Source of the DNA: Alphaproteobacteria bacterium
GTDB lineage: Bacteria; Pseudomonadota; Alphaproteobacteria; SHVP01
Assembly: GCA_038116985.1 (NCBI GenBank)
Contig: JAYOEZ010000008.1
Coordinates: forward strand, 671 to 64,670
Reading direction: 5' to 3'
DNA length: 64,000 nt
Positions within the stretch are counted from its first letter, which is position 1, and each line of letters opens with the position of its first letter. The position numbers and the translations under genes were made by a program. The notes under the pieces were generated by a model. The model was not told the origin of the DNA and searched no databases. It was given only the letters and a program-made list of their open reading frames with translations. Positions 32,945-42,836 of the stretch are shown here, in pieces.

Positions 32945-34690
32945 CTACTCGACGGCGGCCGGGTTCCGGATGCCTGCTTGTCGCATGATCACCCACTGCT
33001 GGGCGATCGACAAAATGTTGTTCCAGGTCCAGTAGATCACGAGACCTGCCGGGAACGGCGCCAGGATGACGGTGAAGACGACCGGCAGAAACATGAAGAT
33101 TCGCGCCTGCATCTTGTCCAGGGGTTGCGGGTTTAGGCGTTGCTGAAGCCACATGCTCAGGCCCATCAGAATCGGCCAGATACCGATGACCGGGATGATC
33201 TCAGGCCACGTGATGGGCAGCAGCCCGAAGCCGGTGAGGAGGTTCAGGGGGTCCGGCGCTGACAAATCCTGAATCCAGCTAAAGAACGGCGTATGGCGCA
33301 TTTCGATGGTGACGAACAGCACCTTGTAGAGCGCGAAGAACACAGGAATCTGCACAAGGATTGGCAGGCAGCCCGATACCGGGTTGGCCCCCTCCTTGCG
33401 GTAGAGCGCCATGATTTCCTGCTGCTGGCGCTGCCGGTCGTCCTTGAAGCGTTCCCGGATCTTTGTCATTTCCGGAGCCAGCTTCTTCATCTTGCTCATG
33501 GCCCGATACGAGCGATTGGCGAGCGGGAAGAAGACGAGCTTTACCATGACCGTCACGAGAAGGATCGCGACTCCGAAATTGCCGATAGTCTCGCTGAGCA
33601 GGCGCAGCAAGAGGAACATCGGTTTGGTCAGGAAGAACAGCCGACCGAAATCCACGGCGCGATCGAATCCCGATATCGCGAGCGTGTTCTTGTAGCCGTC
33701 CAGCAGACGCACCACCTTGGCGCCGGCAAAGACGCGTGCGGTCGACTCAATTGTGCCGCCCGGCGCAACCGTCATGCCGTCGGTTTGAAGAAAGTCGACC
33801 TGGAACACGTCACGATCGTTCTCGAGTCTGTGGCTGTAACGGAACGAGGCGTGCTGACCCTGATCGGGAATCAGCGCGGTCAACCAGTACTTGTCCGTAA
33901 TGCCGATCCAGCCGCCGCTCGTTTCGGGGACCTGTTCGATCCTGCCGTTGTCGGCGTCGACCAGGTCGTCGTAGTCCTGCTGGTCGAGAACCTCGTCGAA
34001 CACGCCCAGGGCGCCCTCGTGAAGGATGAAGAAGTTTTCCAACTCTGGCCGGTCTTTGCGAACGATCACGCCATACGGAAAGAGCGTGGCGCCCGAAGCG
34101 CCATAGTTCTCGACGCTGTCGGCGATCGAGAACATATAGTTGGCATCAACTGAGATCGTACGTCTGAACCGCAAACCCTTGCCGTTGTCCCAGGTGAGGA
34201 CAACCGGTCGGTCGACTCGAAGGGTCGATTCGTTCGCTTCCCACACCGAGTTCGCGCCCGGCAGTTCGACGCTTTCGTCTGTGCTCGTCCAGCCAAACTC
34301 GGCGAAATACGGTGCCTGCGTCGCCGATGGCGACAACAGCGTGACGAGGTCGCTGCCGTCTTCGATCGTTTCGCGATAGTTCTTCAGCGTCAGGTCGTCG
34401 AGGCGCGCGCCGCGGAGAGCAATGGATCCCGTGATCGTTGGCGTGTCGATCTCGAGTCGCGGCGTCTCGCCCAGAACCTCACTACGGTCACGCACGATCC
34501 GATCCGGCGCCGCGGCTGGCTGCCCTTGTTGCGGTGCTGATGGAACTTGCGTGTCGCCTGTCGTTTGGTTGGTCTGCGCCTGCTGCGCTTCTTGGGGCGG
34601 CGGCGGGTCCGGCAGAAAGAGGAACTGCCAGAGCACGAGAATCGCGACGGAGAAGACGATCGCGACGATCAGGTTACGCTGCTCCAGCAT
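32945..34690 (-). CDS. yidC: Membrane protein insertase YidC
   Basis: 581 aa, N-terminal TM, large periplasmic domain, C-terminal 5-TM core (NPVSGCLPILVQIPVFFALY). Confidence 0.95.
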   Translation of the reverse strand: MLEQRNLIVAIVFSVAILVLWQFLFLPDPPPPQEAQQAQTNQTTGDTQVPSAPQQGQPAAAPDRIVRDRSEVLGETPRLEIDTPTITGSIALRGARLDDLTLKNYRETIEDGSDLVTLLSPSATQAPYFAEFGWTSTDESVELPGANSVWEANESTLRVDRPVVLTWDNGKGLRFRRTISVDANYMFSIADSVENYGASGATLFPYGVIVRKDRPELENFFILHEGALGVFDEVLDQQDYDDLVDADNGRIEQVPETSGGWIGITDKYWLTALIPDQGQHASFRYSHRLENDRDVFQVDFLQTDGMTVAPGGTIESTARVFAGAKVVRLLDGYKNTLAISGFDRAVDFGRLFFLTKPMFLLLRLLSETIGNFGVAILLVTVMVKLVFFPLANRSYRAMSKMKKLAPEMTKIRERFKDDRQRQQQEIMALYRKEGANPVSGCLPILVQIPVFFALYKVLFVTIEMRHTPFFSWIQDLSAPDPLNLLTGFGLLPITWPEIIPVIGIWPILMGLSMWLQQRLNPQPLDKMQARIFMFLPVVFTVILAPFPAGLVIYWTWNNILSIAQQWVIMRQAGIRNPAAVE

Positions 34691-34693
34691 GGC

Positions 34694-34963
34694 CTACCGA
34701 TCCGCCTGTGGGTGTGCGCCCGGCACCGGGTCATGTCCATGGCCGCCCCACGGATGGCACCGCAGGATTCGCCGGAGCGCGAGCCAGCCGCCGCGCCAGG
34801 CGCCATGGACGGCAATCGCCTCCATCGCGTAGCCCGAACAGGTCGGTTCAAACCTGCAGGAGTTTCCGAGAACCGGCGACAAGAAGAGTTGATAGCCCCG
34901 AATCAGGAGGCGCAGTGCCGAAGCGGCCAGGGACCTGCGTGGGCCTGTTCTCATTGCGCTCAT
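34694..34963 (-). CDS. yidD: Membrane protein insertion efficiency factor YidD
   Basis: [23 protein letters not shown] motif. Start ambiguous (ATG at 34999, 34972, 34963 or 34954); 34963 avoids overlap with rnpA. Confidence 0.8.
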   Translation of the reverse strand: MSAMRTGPRRSLAASALRLLIRGYQLFLSPVLGNSCRFEPTCSGYAMEAIAVHGAWRGGWLALRRILRCHPWGGHGHDPVPGAHPQADR

Positions 34964-34964
34964 G

Positions 34965-35312
34965 CTAGGCATCGCCAGAAGAGACGACGCCGAGTTCAAT
35001 GCTCGCGCGCCTCAGGTCGCTGAGGAGAAGGTCGAAGGGCCGGGTCGGCGTGTCCTTGCGACCGATGAGGACCAGGTCGTATCCCTCGCTCGTACCATCA
35101 AGGATCATGCGTGATGCTTCTCTCAACCGACGCTTGGCCCGGTTCCTGACAACGGCGTTGCCAACGCGCTTTGAAACGGTAAACCCGATCCGGCTGGTGG
35201 CGTCCGTCCTGAGCGCCTGCAGAATGACACCCGGCGTCACGCGCTTCTTCGCTTGCCGGGTCACTTTCTGGAAGTCTGCTCTCCGTCGGAGCCGGACGGG
35301 GCGCGCTGACAT
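34965..35312 (-). CDS. rnpA: Ribonuclease P protein component
   Basis: Basic 115-aa protein, [25 protein letters not shown] motif. Downstream of rpmH. Confidence 0.9.
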   Translation of the reverse strand: MSARPVRLRRRADFQKVTRQAKKRVTPGVILQALRTDATSRIGFTVSKRVGNAVVRNRAKRRLREASRMILDGTSEGYDLVLIGRKDTPTRPFDLLLSDLRRASIELGVVSSGDA

Positions 35313-35321
35313 ACGGCCCGC

Positions 35322-35456
35322 TCAGGCAGAAAGGCGCTTGCGACCCTTTGCCCGCCGCCGGGACAGAACCTTGCGGCCGTTGGCCGTTTTCATGCGTGCT
35401 CGAAAGCCATGACGCCGCTTGCGTACCAGAACGCTCGGCTGAAATGTTCTCTTCAC
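35322..35456 (-). CDS. rpmH: 50S ribosomal protein L34
   Basis: Not in the ORF track (44 codons). The minus strand translates as (GTG)[43 protein letters not shown]-stop, with GAGGAG upstream. Confidence 0.95.
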   Translation of the reverse strand: MKRTFQPSVLVRKRRHGFRARMKTANGRKVLSRRRAKGRKRLSA

Positions 35457-35507
35457 GGCTGTACTCCTCGGGTTTCCTGGGCTTTTGCCCCCCGAAACAA
35501 GGCCCGG

Positions 35508-35536
35508 TGTATACGGGGTCGCGTCGGCGGTGTCAA
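35508..35536 (-). promoter_or_regulatory. Candidate sigma70-type promoter for rpmH-rnpA
   Basis: Minus strand TTGACA - 17 nt - TATACA, about 50 nt upstream of the rpmH GTG. Confidence 0.45.
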
Positions 35537-35695
35537 CGACCGATCCCCATCGTTTTCGCCGGATTTCTGCGCCTCACGGTCACGCGAACATCGGCGAATT
35601 GTGACGATTCTAGGCGGTCGCCTGGGCTAGAGTCCCGGTCCCATGTCGACAGGTAGTCCCCTTTCAGGTCGCCGGCGAATCGCCCGGCTGCGCCG

Positions 35696-36430
35696 ATGAC
35701 CGAATCCGCACCGGCGCCGGTGCCCGGTGGCCGCGGCATTCTGCGGTATGCGCTCCTGGCCTTTTTCGTTGCCGCGCTTGTCGCGTTTTTCGCGTTCGAT
35801 TTCGACCGGTTCGTGTCCTTTCAGGCCTTGCAGGACAACCGTGAGAATCTGGCGGACTTTGTGGCGGGTTCGCCGATCCTGGCGGCTTGCGCTTTCGTCC
35901 TGATCTACACCCTTGTCGTCGCCTTTTCCCTGCCTATCGCCACCATCGTTTCCATCGCCGGCGGTGTCCTGTTCGGGGTCGTCACCGGGACCTTTCTCGT
36001 GGTGATTGGTGCGACGATTGGTGCAACTCTCCTTTTCCTGCTTGCCCGTTCGACACTGAGCGCTTTCCTGCAGCGTCGCGCGGGTGCCGCCATGCACCGC
36101 ATGGAGCGCGGCTTTCGCAGGAACGAGTTCAGTTACATGCTGATTCTCCGTCTGGTGCCGCTGTTTCCCTTCTTTCTCGTCAACATCGTGCCGGCGTTGC
36201 TCGGTGTTCGCCTTGGGGTCTATGTACTTGCCACGGCGATCGGCATCGTGCCGGGGGTCATCGTCTACGTGAGTGTTGGCGCCGGCGCAGGCTCTCTGCT
36301 CGATAACGATTCCTTGCCTGGTCTCGACGCGTTTCTCGATCCGCAGGTTCTTGCTCCCCTTATAGGGTTGCTCCTGCTAGCGTTGGTTCCCATCGCTTAC
36401 AAGCGCTTGCGCCGAAAGCCCGAGGCATGA
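35696..36430 (+). CDS. TVP38/TMEM64 (DedA-superfamily) membrane protein
   Basis: Polytopic membrane protein with the F..RLVPLFPFFLVN motif typical of the family. Confidence 0.8.
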   Translation: MTESAPAPVPGGRGILRYALLAFFVAALVAFFAFDFDRFVSFQALQDNRENLADFVAGSPILAACAFVLIYTLVVAFSLPIATIVSIAGGVLFGVVTGTFLVVIGATIGATLLFLLARSTLSAFLQRRAGAAMHRMERGFRRNEFSYMLILRLVPLFPFFLVNIVPALLGVRLGVYVLATAIGIVPGVIVYVSVGAGAGSLLDNDSLPGLDAFLDPQVLAPLIGLLLLALVPIAYKRLRRKPEA

Positions 36431-37836
36431 GCGTTCGGCGACCCGACATCTGTGTCATCGGTGCTGGCTCCGGCGGCCTGGTTGTCGCCGCGGGTGCCGC
36501 GATGATGGGGGCCCGTGTTACGCTGGTCGAGCGCGGCCTGCTCGGCGGCGACTGCCTAAACTATGGCTGCGTCCCCTCCAAGGCCATGATCGCCGCCGCC
36601 GATGCTGCAGCCACTGGTCGCAGCGCTACCCGTTTCGGCATCAGCCACCGGGATCAGCAGATCGATTTCGGCCAGGTGATCGACCACGTGCGCGGCGTGA
36701 TCGCTGCGATCGCACCGACCGACGCCGAGGAGCGCTTTCGCGGTATGGGTATAGAGGTCCTGCGCGGCGTCGGGCGCTTCACTTCCGAACGCGAACTGGA
36801 CGTCGACGGGACAGCAATCCGCGCCCGGCGCTTTGTGATAGCGACAGGGTCGTCGCCCGCAGTTCCGCCGATTCCGGGGCTGGATGCAGTGCCCTACCTG
36901 ACCAACGAAACCGTCTTCGACAACCGGACACGTCCGGACCATCTGGTCGTGATCGGGGGCGGACCCATCGGGCTGGAACTCGCCCAGGCCCACCGGCGGC
37001 TGGGTGCGGCGGTCACGGTTGTCGAAGCGCGATCACTGCTGGCGCGGGACGATCCCGAAATGACGGCCACCGTGGTCGACAGCCTCAGGCGTGATGGCGT
37101 CAGGTTTGTCGTCGGGGCGACGGTCGAGGGCGTTGCGCGCGACGGCTCAAGCATTGCCGTTCATCTTGGCGATTCGCGCGTTCTCACTGCATCTCACCTG
37201 CTCGTGGCGACCGGGCGACGACCGAACACCGACCTCGGTCTCGACAAGGCCGGGGTGACAATTGCATCGGCAGGCATCAAGACCGATGCACGCCTGCGCA
37301 CGACGAACAAGCGTATCTACGCCGTTGGCGACGTTGCTGGCGGGCCGCAGTTCACGCACGTGGCGTCCTACCAGGCAGGCATAGCGCTGCGAAACATCCT
37401 GTTTCGTTTGCCGGCCAAGGTTTCCTACGGGCCAATTCCGCATGTGACCTACACGCACCCCGAGATCGCGGGCGTGGGACTGACGGAGGCGGCCGCGCGC
37501 GACAAGTTTGGCAAGGTGTCGGTTGTGCGCTGGCCACTGGCGGAGAACGACCGCGCCCAGGCGCAGCGCGAGGTCGACGGGGCGATCAAGGTTGTTTGCA
37601 CCCGGCGTGGCCGCGTTCTCGGTGCCCAGATCGTCGCCCCAAACGCGGGCGATCTCATCTATCCATGGGTTGCGGCGGTGGCGCGCCAAGAGAAGCTCGC
37701 GGCGGTGGCAGGCTGGGTCGCGGCCTATCCTACGCATGCGGAGATCGGAAAGCGGGCCGCGGGCACCTACTTCGCGGGCGCCCTGGGCAGTCCTCGCACC
37801 CGCGCGCTTGTTCGCCTTCTGGCCCGTTTCGGCTGA
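36427..37836 (+). CDS. FAD-dependent pyridine nucleotide-disulfide oxidoreductase (dihydrolipoyl dehydrogenase / mercuric reductase-like)
   Basis: GAGSGG FAD site, redox-active GGDCLNYGCVPSK, NAD site VIGGGPIGLE. No C-terminal Cys pair. ATGA overlap with the TVP38 gene. Confidence 0.8.
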   Translation: MSVRRPDICVIGAGSGGLVVAAGAAMMGARVTLVERGLLGGDCLNYGCVPSKAMIAAADAAATGRSATRFGISHRDQQIDFGQVIDHVRGVIAAIAPTDAEERFRGMGIEVLRGVGRFTSERELDVDGTAIRARRFVIATGSSPAVPPIPGLDAVPYLTNETVFDNRTRPDHLVVIGGGPIGLELAQAHRRLGAAVTVVEARSLLARDDPEMTATVVDSLRRDGVRFVVGATVEGVARDGSSIAVHLGDSRVLTASHLLVATGRRPNTDLGLDKAGVTIASAGIKTDARLRTTNKRIYAVGDVAGGPQFTHVASYQAGIALRNILFRLPAKVSYGPIPHVTYTHPEIAGVGLTEAAARDKFGKVSVVRWPLAENDRAQAQREVDGAIKVVCTRRGRVLGAQIVAPNAGDLIYPWVAAVARQEKLAAVAGWVAAYPTHAEIGKRAAGTYFAGALGSPRTRALVRLLARFG

Positions 37837-37905
37837 GTGGCCTGGCCCGATTTTGTGTGCTAAATCAATGCTATGCGACTAGCCTCTCGCAAGTCGGGCA
37901 CGCCC

Positions 37906-39330
37906 ATGACGCGTAGTCTGTCCGGGCGCCTTCTGGTTCTGACGCTGTTCTTCGTCATGGTCAGCGAAGTGCTGATCTATGTGCCCTCGATCGCGAAGTT
38001 CCGCACGACCTATCTTGAGGACCGCATCGCCGCCGCCCAGCTTGCGTCCCTTGCGCTCATCGGTGGCGAAAACCGACTGCCGACGCCGCAGCACGAACAG
38101 GACCTGCTCGATCAGGCGGAGATCATTTCGATCGTTCTGAAGAGCGATGAGTACAGGACGCTCATCCTGGGCGAGAGCGTCAACGTGCCGCCGCAAGTCA
38201 GCGCATCCTTCGACCTGGCCGAGGAGAGCGCCGCAACGTCGATCATCGAGGCTTTTCGGACGATGGTTAGTCCCGGTCGCGTCATCCGCGCAATCGGTCC
38301 AGCGATCGAGGATCCGGGAACGTTTGTCGAAATCGCGATCGACGAGCAGCCGCTGCGCGCGGAGATGTTCGGCTTCTCGAGGCGTGTCCTCGGTCTCTCG
38401 CTTATCATCTCATTCATCACCGGCGCGCTGGTCTACCTGTCCCTCCATATTCTCATCGTGCGCCCCCTGGGCCGCCTGACGCAGAACATGGTCGAGTTCA
38501 GGCGCGATCCGGAGGCGGAGAGTTCGTCGATGGTCGAGTCGACGCGACACGATGAAATCGGCCAGGCGCAACGCGAGTTTGCCGCGATGCAGGAAGACCT
38601 CAGGCTCGCGCTGAAGCAGAAGACCCGATTGGCGGAACTCGGAACTGCGGTCAGCAAGATCAGCCATGATCTACGCAACATCCTGGCAACTGCGCAGCTC
38701 GTTTCGGACCGTCTTTCCGAAAGTGCCGATCCGGAAGTGCGGCGGGCGACGCCGGTCCTGTTGCGCGCAATCGATCGCGCGATCTGGCTGTGCACACAAT
38801 CGCTTCAGTTCGGGCGAGTGAGGGAACAAAAGCCGCAACGCATCGTGTTCAGCCTGAGCGACCTTGCCGACGACGTGGGCGACGCCTTGGGGCTTGGCGA
38901 GGCGACGACACCGCAATGGGGCAACGAAATACCGAGAGGTCTCCGTGTCAGTGCAGATCACGAGCAGATGTTTAGGGTCCTCATTAACCTGGGCCGCAAC
39001 GCTGCCGAGGCGCTCGGCGATCAGACCGGCGGGCGCATCACAATCACCGGCGCGGTGCTGGGCGAAAGTCTGATGCTCGAGTTTTCCGACAACGGTCCCG
39101 GCCTCCCCGCGGCCTCTCGCGAGAACCTGTTCAAGCCGTTTTCCGGAACAACCAAGTCCTCAGGTACCGGATTGGGGTTGGTGATCGCCAAGGACCTCAT
39201 CGAAGGCCACGGCGGGACCATCGAACTCCATCGCAGCGACGATAGTGGCACGACATTCCGTCTGGAGTTGCCGACCAACGTCATCGAGCTGGCCAGCGAC
39301 TCAGCCGACCGTGTTGCGCGCATCCGCTAG
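37906..39330 (+). CDS. Sensor histidine kinase (2 TM, periplasmic domain, HAMP, HisKA, HATPase)
   Basis: H-box SKISHDLRN, N-box LINLGRNAAEA, G-boxes DNGPGL and GTGLGL. No adjacent response regulator. Trimmed to ATG 37906. Confidence 0.85.
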   Translation: MTRSLSGRLLVLTLFFVMVSEVLIYVPSIAKFRTTYLEDRIAAAQLASLALIGGENRLPTPQHEQDLLDQAEIISIVLKSDEYRTLILGESVNVPPQVSASFDLAEESAATSIIEAFRTMVSPGRVIRAIGPAIEDPGTFVEIAIDEQPLRAEMFGFSRRVLGLSLIISFITGALVYLSLHILIVRPLGRLTQNMVEFRRDPEAESSSMVESTRHDEIGQAQREFAAMQEDLRLALKQKTRLAELGTAVSKISHDLRNILATAQLVSDRLSESADPEVRRATPVLLRAIDRAIWLCTQSLQFGRVREQKPQRIVFSLSDLADDVGDALGLGEATTPQWGNEIPRGLRVSADHEQMFRVLINLGRNAAEALGDQTGGRITITGAVLGESLMLEFSDNGPGLPAASRENLFKPFSGTTKSSGTGLGLVIAKDLIEGHGGTIELHRSDDSGTTFRLELPTNVIELASDSADRVARIR

Positions 39331-40091
39331 TGGCTTGGGATCCGGCCCTCTACCTGACCTACGAGAGCTACCGCAAGCAGCCGGCCATCGATCTCCTGGC
39401 GCGAACCGATCACGTCGATCCTGAAACGGTATTCGACCTTGGTTGTGGGCCCGGCAACGTCACGGCGCTGCTCGCCGACAAGTGGCCCGCCGCAAGAATC
39501 GTTGGCGTCGACAACTCGCTCGAGATGCTGGCCAAGGCGGAAGCAGCCGCTCCGCAGATCGAGTGGACGGCGGCCGACATTTCCGAGTATCGTCCGCGCG
39601 ACGCCGATGTCATCTTCACGAACGCGGCTTTCAACTGGGTTCCCGATCACGGCGAACTCATTCCGAACCTGGTGTCCTGCCTGAAGCCGGGCGGCGTTCT
39701 CGCCATTCAGATGCCGCGCAACTACGAGCAGCCGTCGCATGCCGAGATAGTCGCCTGTATCGAGGCCGGCGACTGGCGTGACAGGTTGCGGCCGCTGGTC
39801 ACGTTCGAACATGTGCAGCCGCCGGCTTTCTATGTCGATCTCCTTTCGGGTCGTGTGTCGGAACTGGAGTTGTGGGAAACCAACTACATGCACATCCTGC
39901 ATGGTGACGATCCGGTGCTTGACTGGATCATGGGAACGGCGCTGCGGCCTATCGCCAACGCCCTCGAGGGCGACGAGCGTGCGGCCTTCATCAACGACAT
40001 GGCGCGGCGGTACCGCCAGGCCTATCCGAGGCGCCCGGACGGCAGCACGCTGTTTCCGATGCAGCGCCTGTTCGTCCTCGCGCGCCGCTAG
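39330..40091 (+). CDS. tam: Trans-aconitate 2-methyltransferase-like SAM-dependent methyltransferase
   Basis: GTG start sharing one nt with the kinase TAG stop. WDPALYLTYESYRKQPAIDLLAR and DLGCGPGN SAM motif. Confidence 0.8.
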   Translation: MAWDPALYLTYESYRKQPAIDLLARTDHVDPETVFDLGCGPGNVTALLADKWPAARIVGVDNSLEMLAKAEAAAPQIEWTAADISEYRPRDADVIFTNAAFNWVPDHGELIPNLVSCLKPGGVLAIQMPRNYEQPSHAEIVACIEAGDWRDRLRPLVTFEHVQPPAFYVDLLSGRVSELELWETNYMHILHGDDPVLDWIMGTALRPIANALEGDERAAFINDMARRYRQAYPRRPDGSTLFPMQRLFVLARR

Positions 40092-41794
40092 TCGCCCAGC
40101 GCTATTCCCTCGCGTCGGGGGTCGGCGCCGCCCCAATAGCCAGTCCTGTCCGCCACGATCGCGTGGAGCCCGCTTGCCATGGGAACGATGCGTGTCTGAT
40201 GCCCGCGTGCGACAAGGGCGGACTCGATATCGGCAAGGAAGGTATCGGCCTCGATTTCCGTGCGTGGGCCGCGATTGACGAGGTTCGGCAGATCGATTGC
40301 CGACTGGACGTCGAGATTCCAGTCGATGACGCCGACGATGGTCTTGGCGACGAATCCGATGATGCGGCTTCCGCCCGGCGATCCGGTCGCCATGCGAAAG
40401 CGCTTTCGCGCGTCGAGTATGATGACCGGCGACATCGAACTTCGGGGGCGCTTCCCTGCCTCGACCCGATTCGCGACCGGCACGCCGTCACGTTGCGGGC
40501 GAAACGAGAAATCGGTCAGCTGGTTGTTCAGGAGAAAGCCGCCGACCATGACGCGCGACCCGAAGACGTTCTCGATGCTTGAGGTCATCGACACGACGTT
40601 GCCGTCGTCGTCGACGATGGAAAAGTGCGTCGTGGAGGGCAGTTCGATCGTCGCGCCCGCTGTCAGGTCGCTGCGCTGCTGGAACTTGCCGGGCGCGACA
40701 GCCTCCATGCTCCTGTCGTCGGTAATCTGGTTGTAGCGCTGTCGCAGATAGCGGTGGCTCAAGAGTTGATCGACGGGGATGTCGACGAAGTCGGGGTCGG
40801 CGAGATACATCCCCCGGTCGGCGAAGGCGATGCGGCTCGCCTCTGCGACGTAGTGCGCCGCGCGCGGCGACCACGGGCGCTCGTCGGCGAGGTTGGTGTT
40901 CTGGAGGATTCCCAGGATCTGAAGCACCGTGGTGCCGCCCGATGTAGGCGGCGGCATCGAACACACCTCGTGCCACCGGTAGCGGCCACAAACCGGGTCC
41001 CGCACCTTGGCCTCGTAGGCGGCGATGTCAGTTTCGTTCAGCAATCCGGGATTGTCGCCGGCCGTGCGTACCGCGAAAGCGATGGATCGCGCGAGCGATC
41101 CTTCATAGAAGGCGTCGGCCCCGCCGTTCGCAATCCGGTGGAGAGTTTCGGCGAACGCCGGGTTTTTCAGAATGTGTCCCACCGGCAGCGCCGTTCCGTC
41201 GTCGAGAAAGAAGTAGCGCCGCGTCTCGGGATAGGTCGCGAGATAGCGGTCGCCCGAGATCAGCATGTGCAGGCGCGGTGATACGGGAAACCCTTGCTCG
41301 GCCAGATCGATGGCGCTGGCAAAAAGGTCCGCCCAGGGCAGCTTGCCGTGGTGTTCATGCGCGAGTTCCAGCATGCGCAGGACGCCTAGGGCGCCAACGG
41401 CGCGGCCCCCGACGAGCGCGTCGAAGAACCCCATGGGCTCGCCGGCAGGGGCAAGGAACAGGTCTTCAGTCGCCGCTGCCGGCGCCGTCTCGCGTCCGTC
41501 GTAGGCCGAGATCTCGCGCGACCCCGCATCGAAATGCAGAAGAAAGGCGCCGCCGCCGATGCCGGACGATTGCGGTTCAACGAGATTCAGCACCATCTGG
41601 ACGGCAACGGCGGAATCCACTGCGGAGCCGCCGCGCCGAAGGATCTTGAGGCCGGCTGCCGCGGCAAGCGGGTTTGCCGCTGAAACCATGCGGCGTTCCG
41701 CGAACACCGACCCGCGCTCGGCCGCCAACGCGGAGAGCGGCGCGGCAATGAGTATTGCGACGATTAGCCCAGTGGCGTGACGCAGATTGAACAT
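40088..41794 (-). CDS. ggt: Gamma-glutamyltransferase
   Basis: Trimmed to ATG 41794 (MFNLRHATGLIVAILIAAPLSALAAE signal peptide). Autoprocessing/nucleophile region ELPSTTHFSIVD; GSPGGSRI. Confidence 0.9.
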   Translation of the reverse strand: MFNLRHATGLIVAILIAAPLSALAAERGSVFAERRMVSAANPLAAAAGLKILRRGGSAVDSAVAVQMVLNLVEPQSSGIGGGAFLLHFDAGSREISAYDGRETAPAAATEDLFLAPAGEPMGFFDALVGGRAVGALGVLRMLELAHEHHGKLPWADLFASAIDLAEQGFPVSPRLHMLISGDRYLATYPETRRYFFLDDGTALPVGHILKNPAFAETLHRIANGGADAFYEGSLARSIAFAVRTAGDNPGLLNETDIAAYEAKVRDPVCGRYRWHEVCSMPPPTSGGTTVLQILGILQNTNLADERPWSPRAAHYVAEASRIAFADRGMYLADPDFVDIPVDQLLSHRYLRQRYNQITDDRSMEAVAPGKFQQRSDLTAGATIELPSTTHFSIVDDDGNVVSMTSSIENVFGSRVMVGGFLLNNQLTDFSFRPQRDGVPVANRVEAGKRPRSSMSPVIILDARKRFRMATGSPGGSRIIGFVAKTIVGVIDWNLDVQSAIDLPNLVNRGPRTEIEADTFLADIESALVARGHQTRIVPMASGLHAIVADRTGYWGGADPRREGIALGD

Positions 41795-41822
41795 GCCCCG
41801 ATCCCTCTCTACCGTGCCCGCG

Positions 41823-42833
41823 ATGAATAGCGCTTCATATGCAGTCGGACCGCGCAACGCGATCACCGACGTTGATGGTATCAGAGTCGGGAACCATTCC
41901 GACGAAGGCATGCGTTCGGGCGTGACGGTGGTTCTTCCCGACGAGCCGGTTGTTGCTGCGGCCGACATACGAGGCGGCGCACCGGGCACCCGCGAAACGG
42001 ATCTGCTGGACCCGGTCAACAGTGTCGAGACGATCGACGCTCTCGTCTTCTCCGGAGGAACGGCGTACGGCTTGGATGCGGCGGCGGGCGTAGTTGGATG
42101 GCTTGCTGCGCAAGGGCGGGGCCTGGAGGTACGCGGCGTGCGCGTGCCGATTGTTCCGGCCGCTATCATTTTTGATCCGCCGGCGGGCGGCAGGCAGGAC
42201 TGGCACGCCGATCCACCTTACCGGCAGATGGCCGCAGCAGCTTGCGATGCTGCCTCGCTCGAAGTTTCTCAAGGCAATTTTGGCGCCGGTCACGGGGCGA
42301 CCGCTGGCCCTCTGAAAGGCGGGCTTGGAACGGCGTCGATCGTGACGGCCGACGGGCTCCAGGTCGGCGCGCTCGCGATCTCGAACCCCTTCGGCTCGAC
42401 GGTGGCGCCCGGCTCCGATGTTTTTTGGGCCGCACCCTATGAACTGGCAGACGAGTTAGGGGGGCAGTCCCCGTTGCCTGGGATTGGGCTCGACGGGCTC
42501 CCCTACGAGATGCCGGGACACGCGGCGGGGAACACCACCCTTGTGGCCGTAGCGACGAACGCAGCGCTCAGCAAGGCCCAGGCCCGCCGGGTCGCGATCA
42601 TGGCGCAGGATGGATTTGCGCGCGCCATCCGTCCGGTTCACACGCCGTTCGATGGCGACAGCGCGTTCGTCATGGCGACGGGGACGCTGGGCAAGGAAAT
42701 CGATCCACCGGCGTTGTTAGCCTTGGGGCAAGCGGTGGCGGATGTTGTGGCGCGGGCGATCGCGAAAGGCGTCTACAACGCGGACGGCCTGGGCGACTTC
42801 CGGTCTTATCGGGAAACGTATCGCGGCGGATAG
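41823..42833 (+). CDS. P1/S58 family peptidase (DmpA-like L-aminopeptidase/D-esterase)
   Basis: NAITDVDGIRVGN N-terminus; GNFGAGHGATAGPLKGGLGTAS nucleophile region. Start uncertain (TTG 41787, ATG 41793 or ATG 41823). Confidence 0.8.
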   Translation: MNSASYAVGPRNAITDVDGIRVGNHSDEGMRSGVTVVLPDEPVVAAADIRGGAPGTRETDLLDPVNSVETIDALVFSGGTAYGLDAAAGVVGWLAAQGRGLEVRGVRVPIVPAAIIFDPPAGGRQDWHADPPYRQMAAAACDAASLEVSQGNFGAGHGATAGPLKGGLGTASIVTADGLQVGALAISNPFGSTVAPGSDVFWAAPYELADELGGQSPLPGIGLDGLPYEMPGHAAGNTTLVAVATNAALSKAQARRVAIMAQDGFARAIRPVHTPFDGDSAFVMATGTLGKEIDPPALLALGQAVADVVARAIAKGVYNADGLGDFRSYRETYRGG

Positions 42834-42836
42834 CCG

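Noticed and set aside
35457-35695. A possible replication origin next to rpmH-rnpA-yidD-yidC. Isolated DnaA-box-like 9-mers occur elsewhere: TTATCGACA at 4623..4631 and TTATCCAAC at 44127..44135.
   Set aside because: There is no dnaA gene, no cluster of DnaA boxes and no AT-rich unwinding element in the rpmH spacer. The box-like sequences are single and imperfect.
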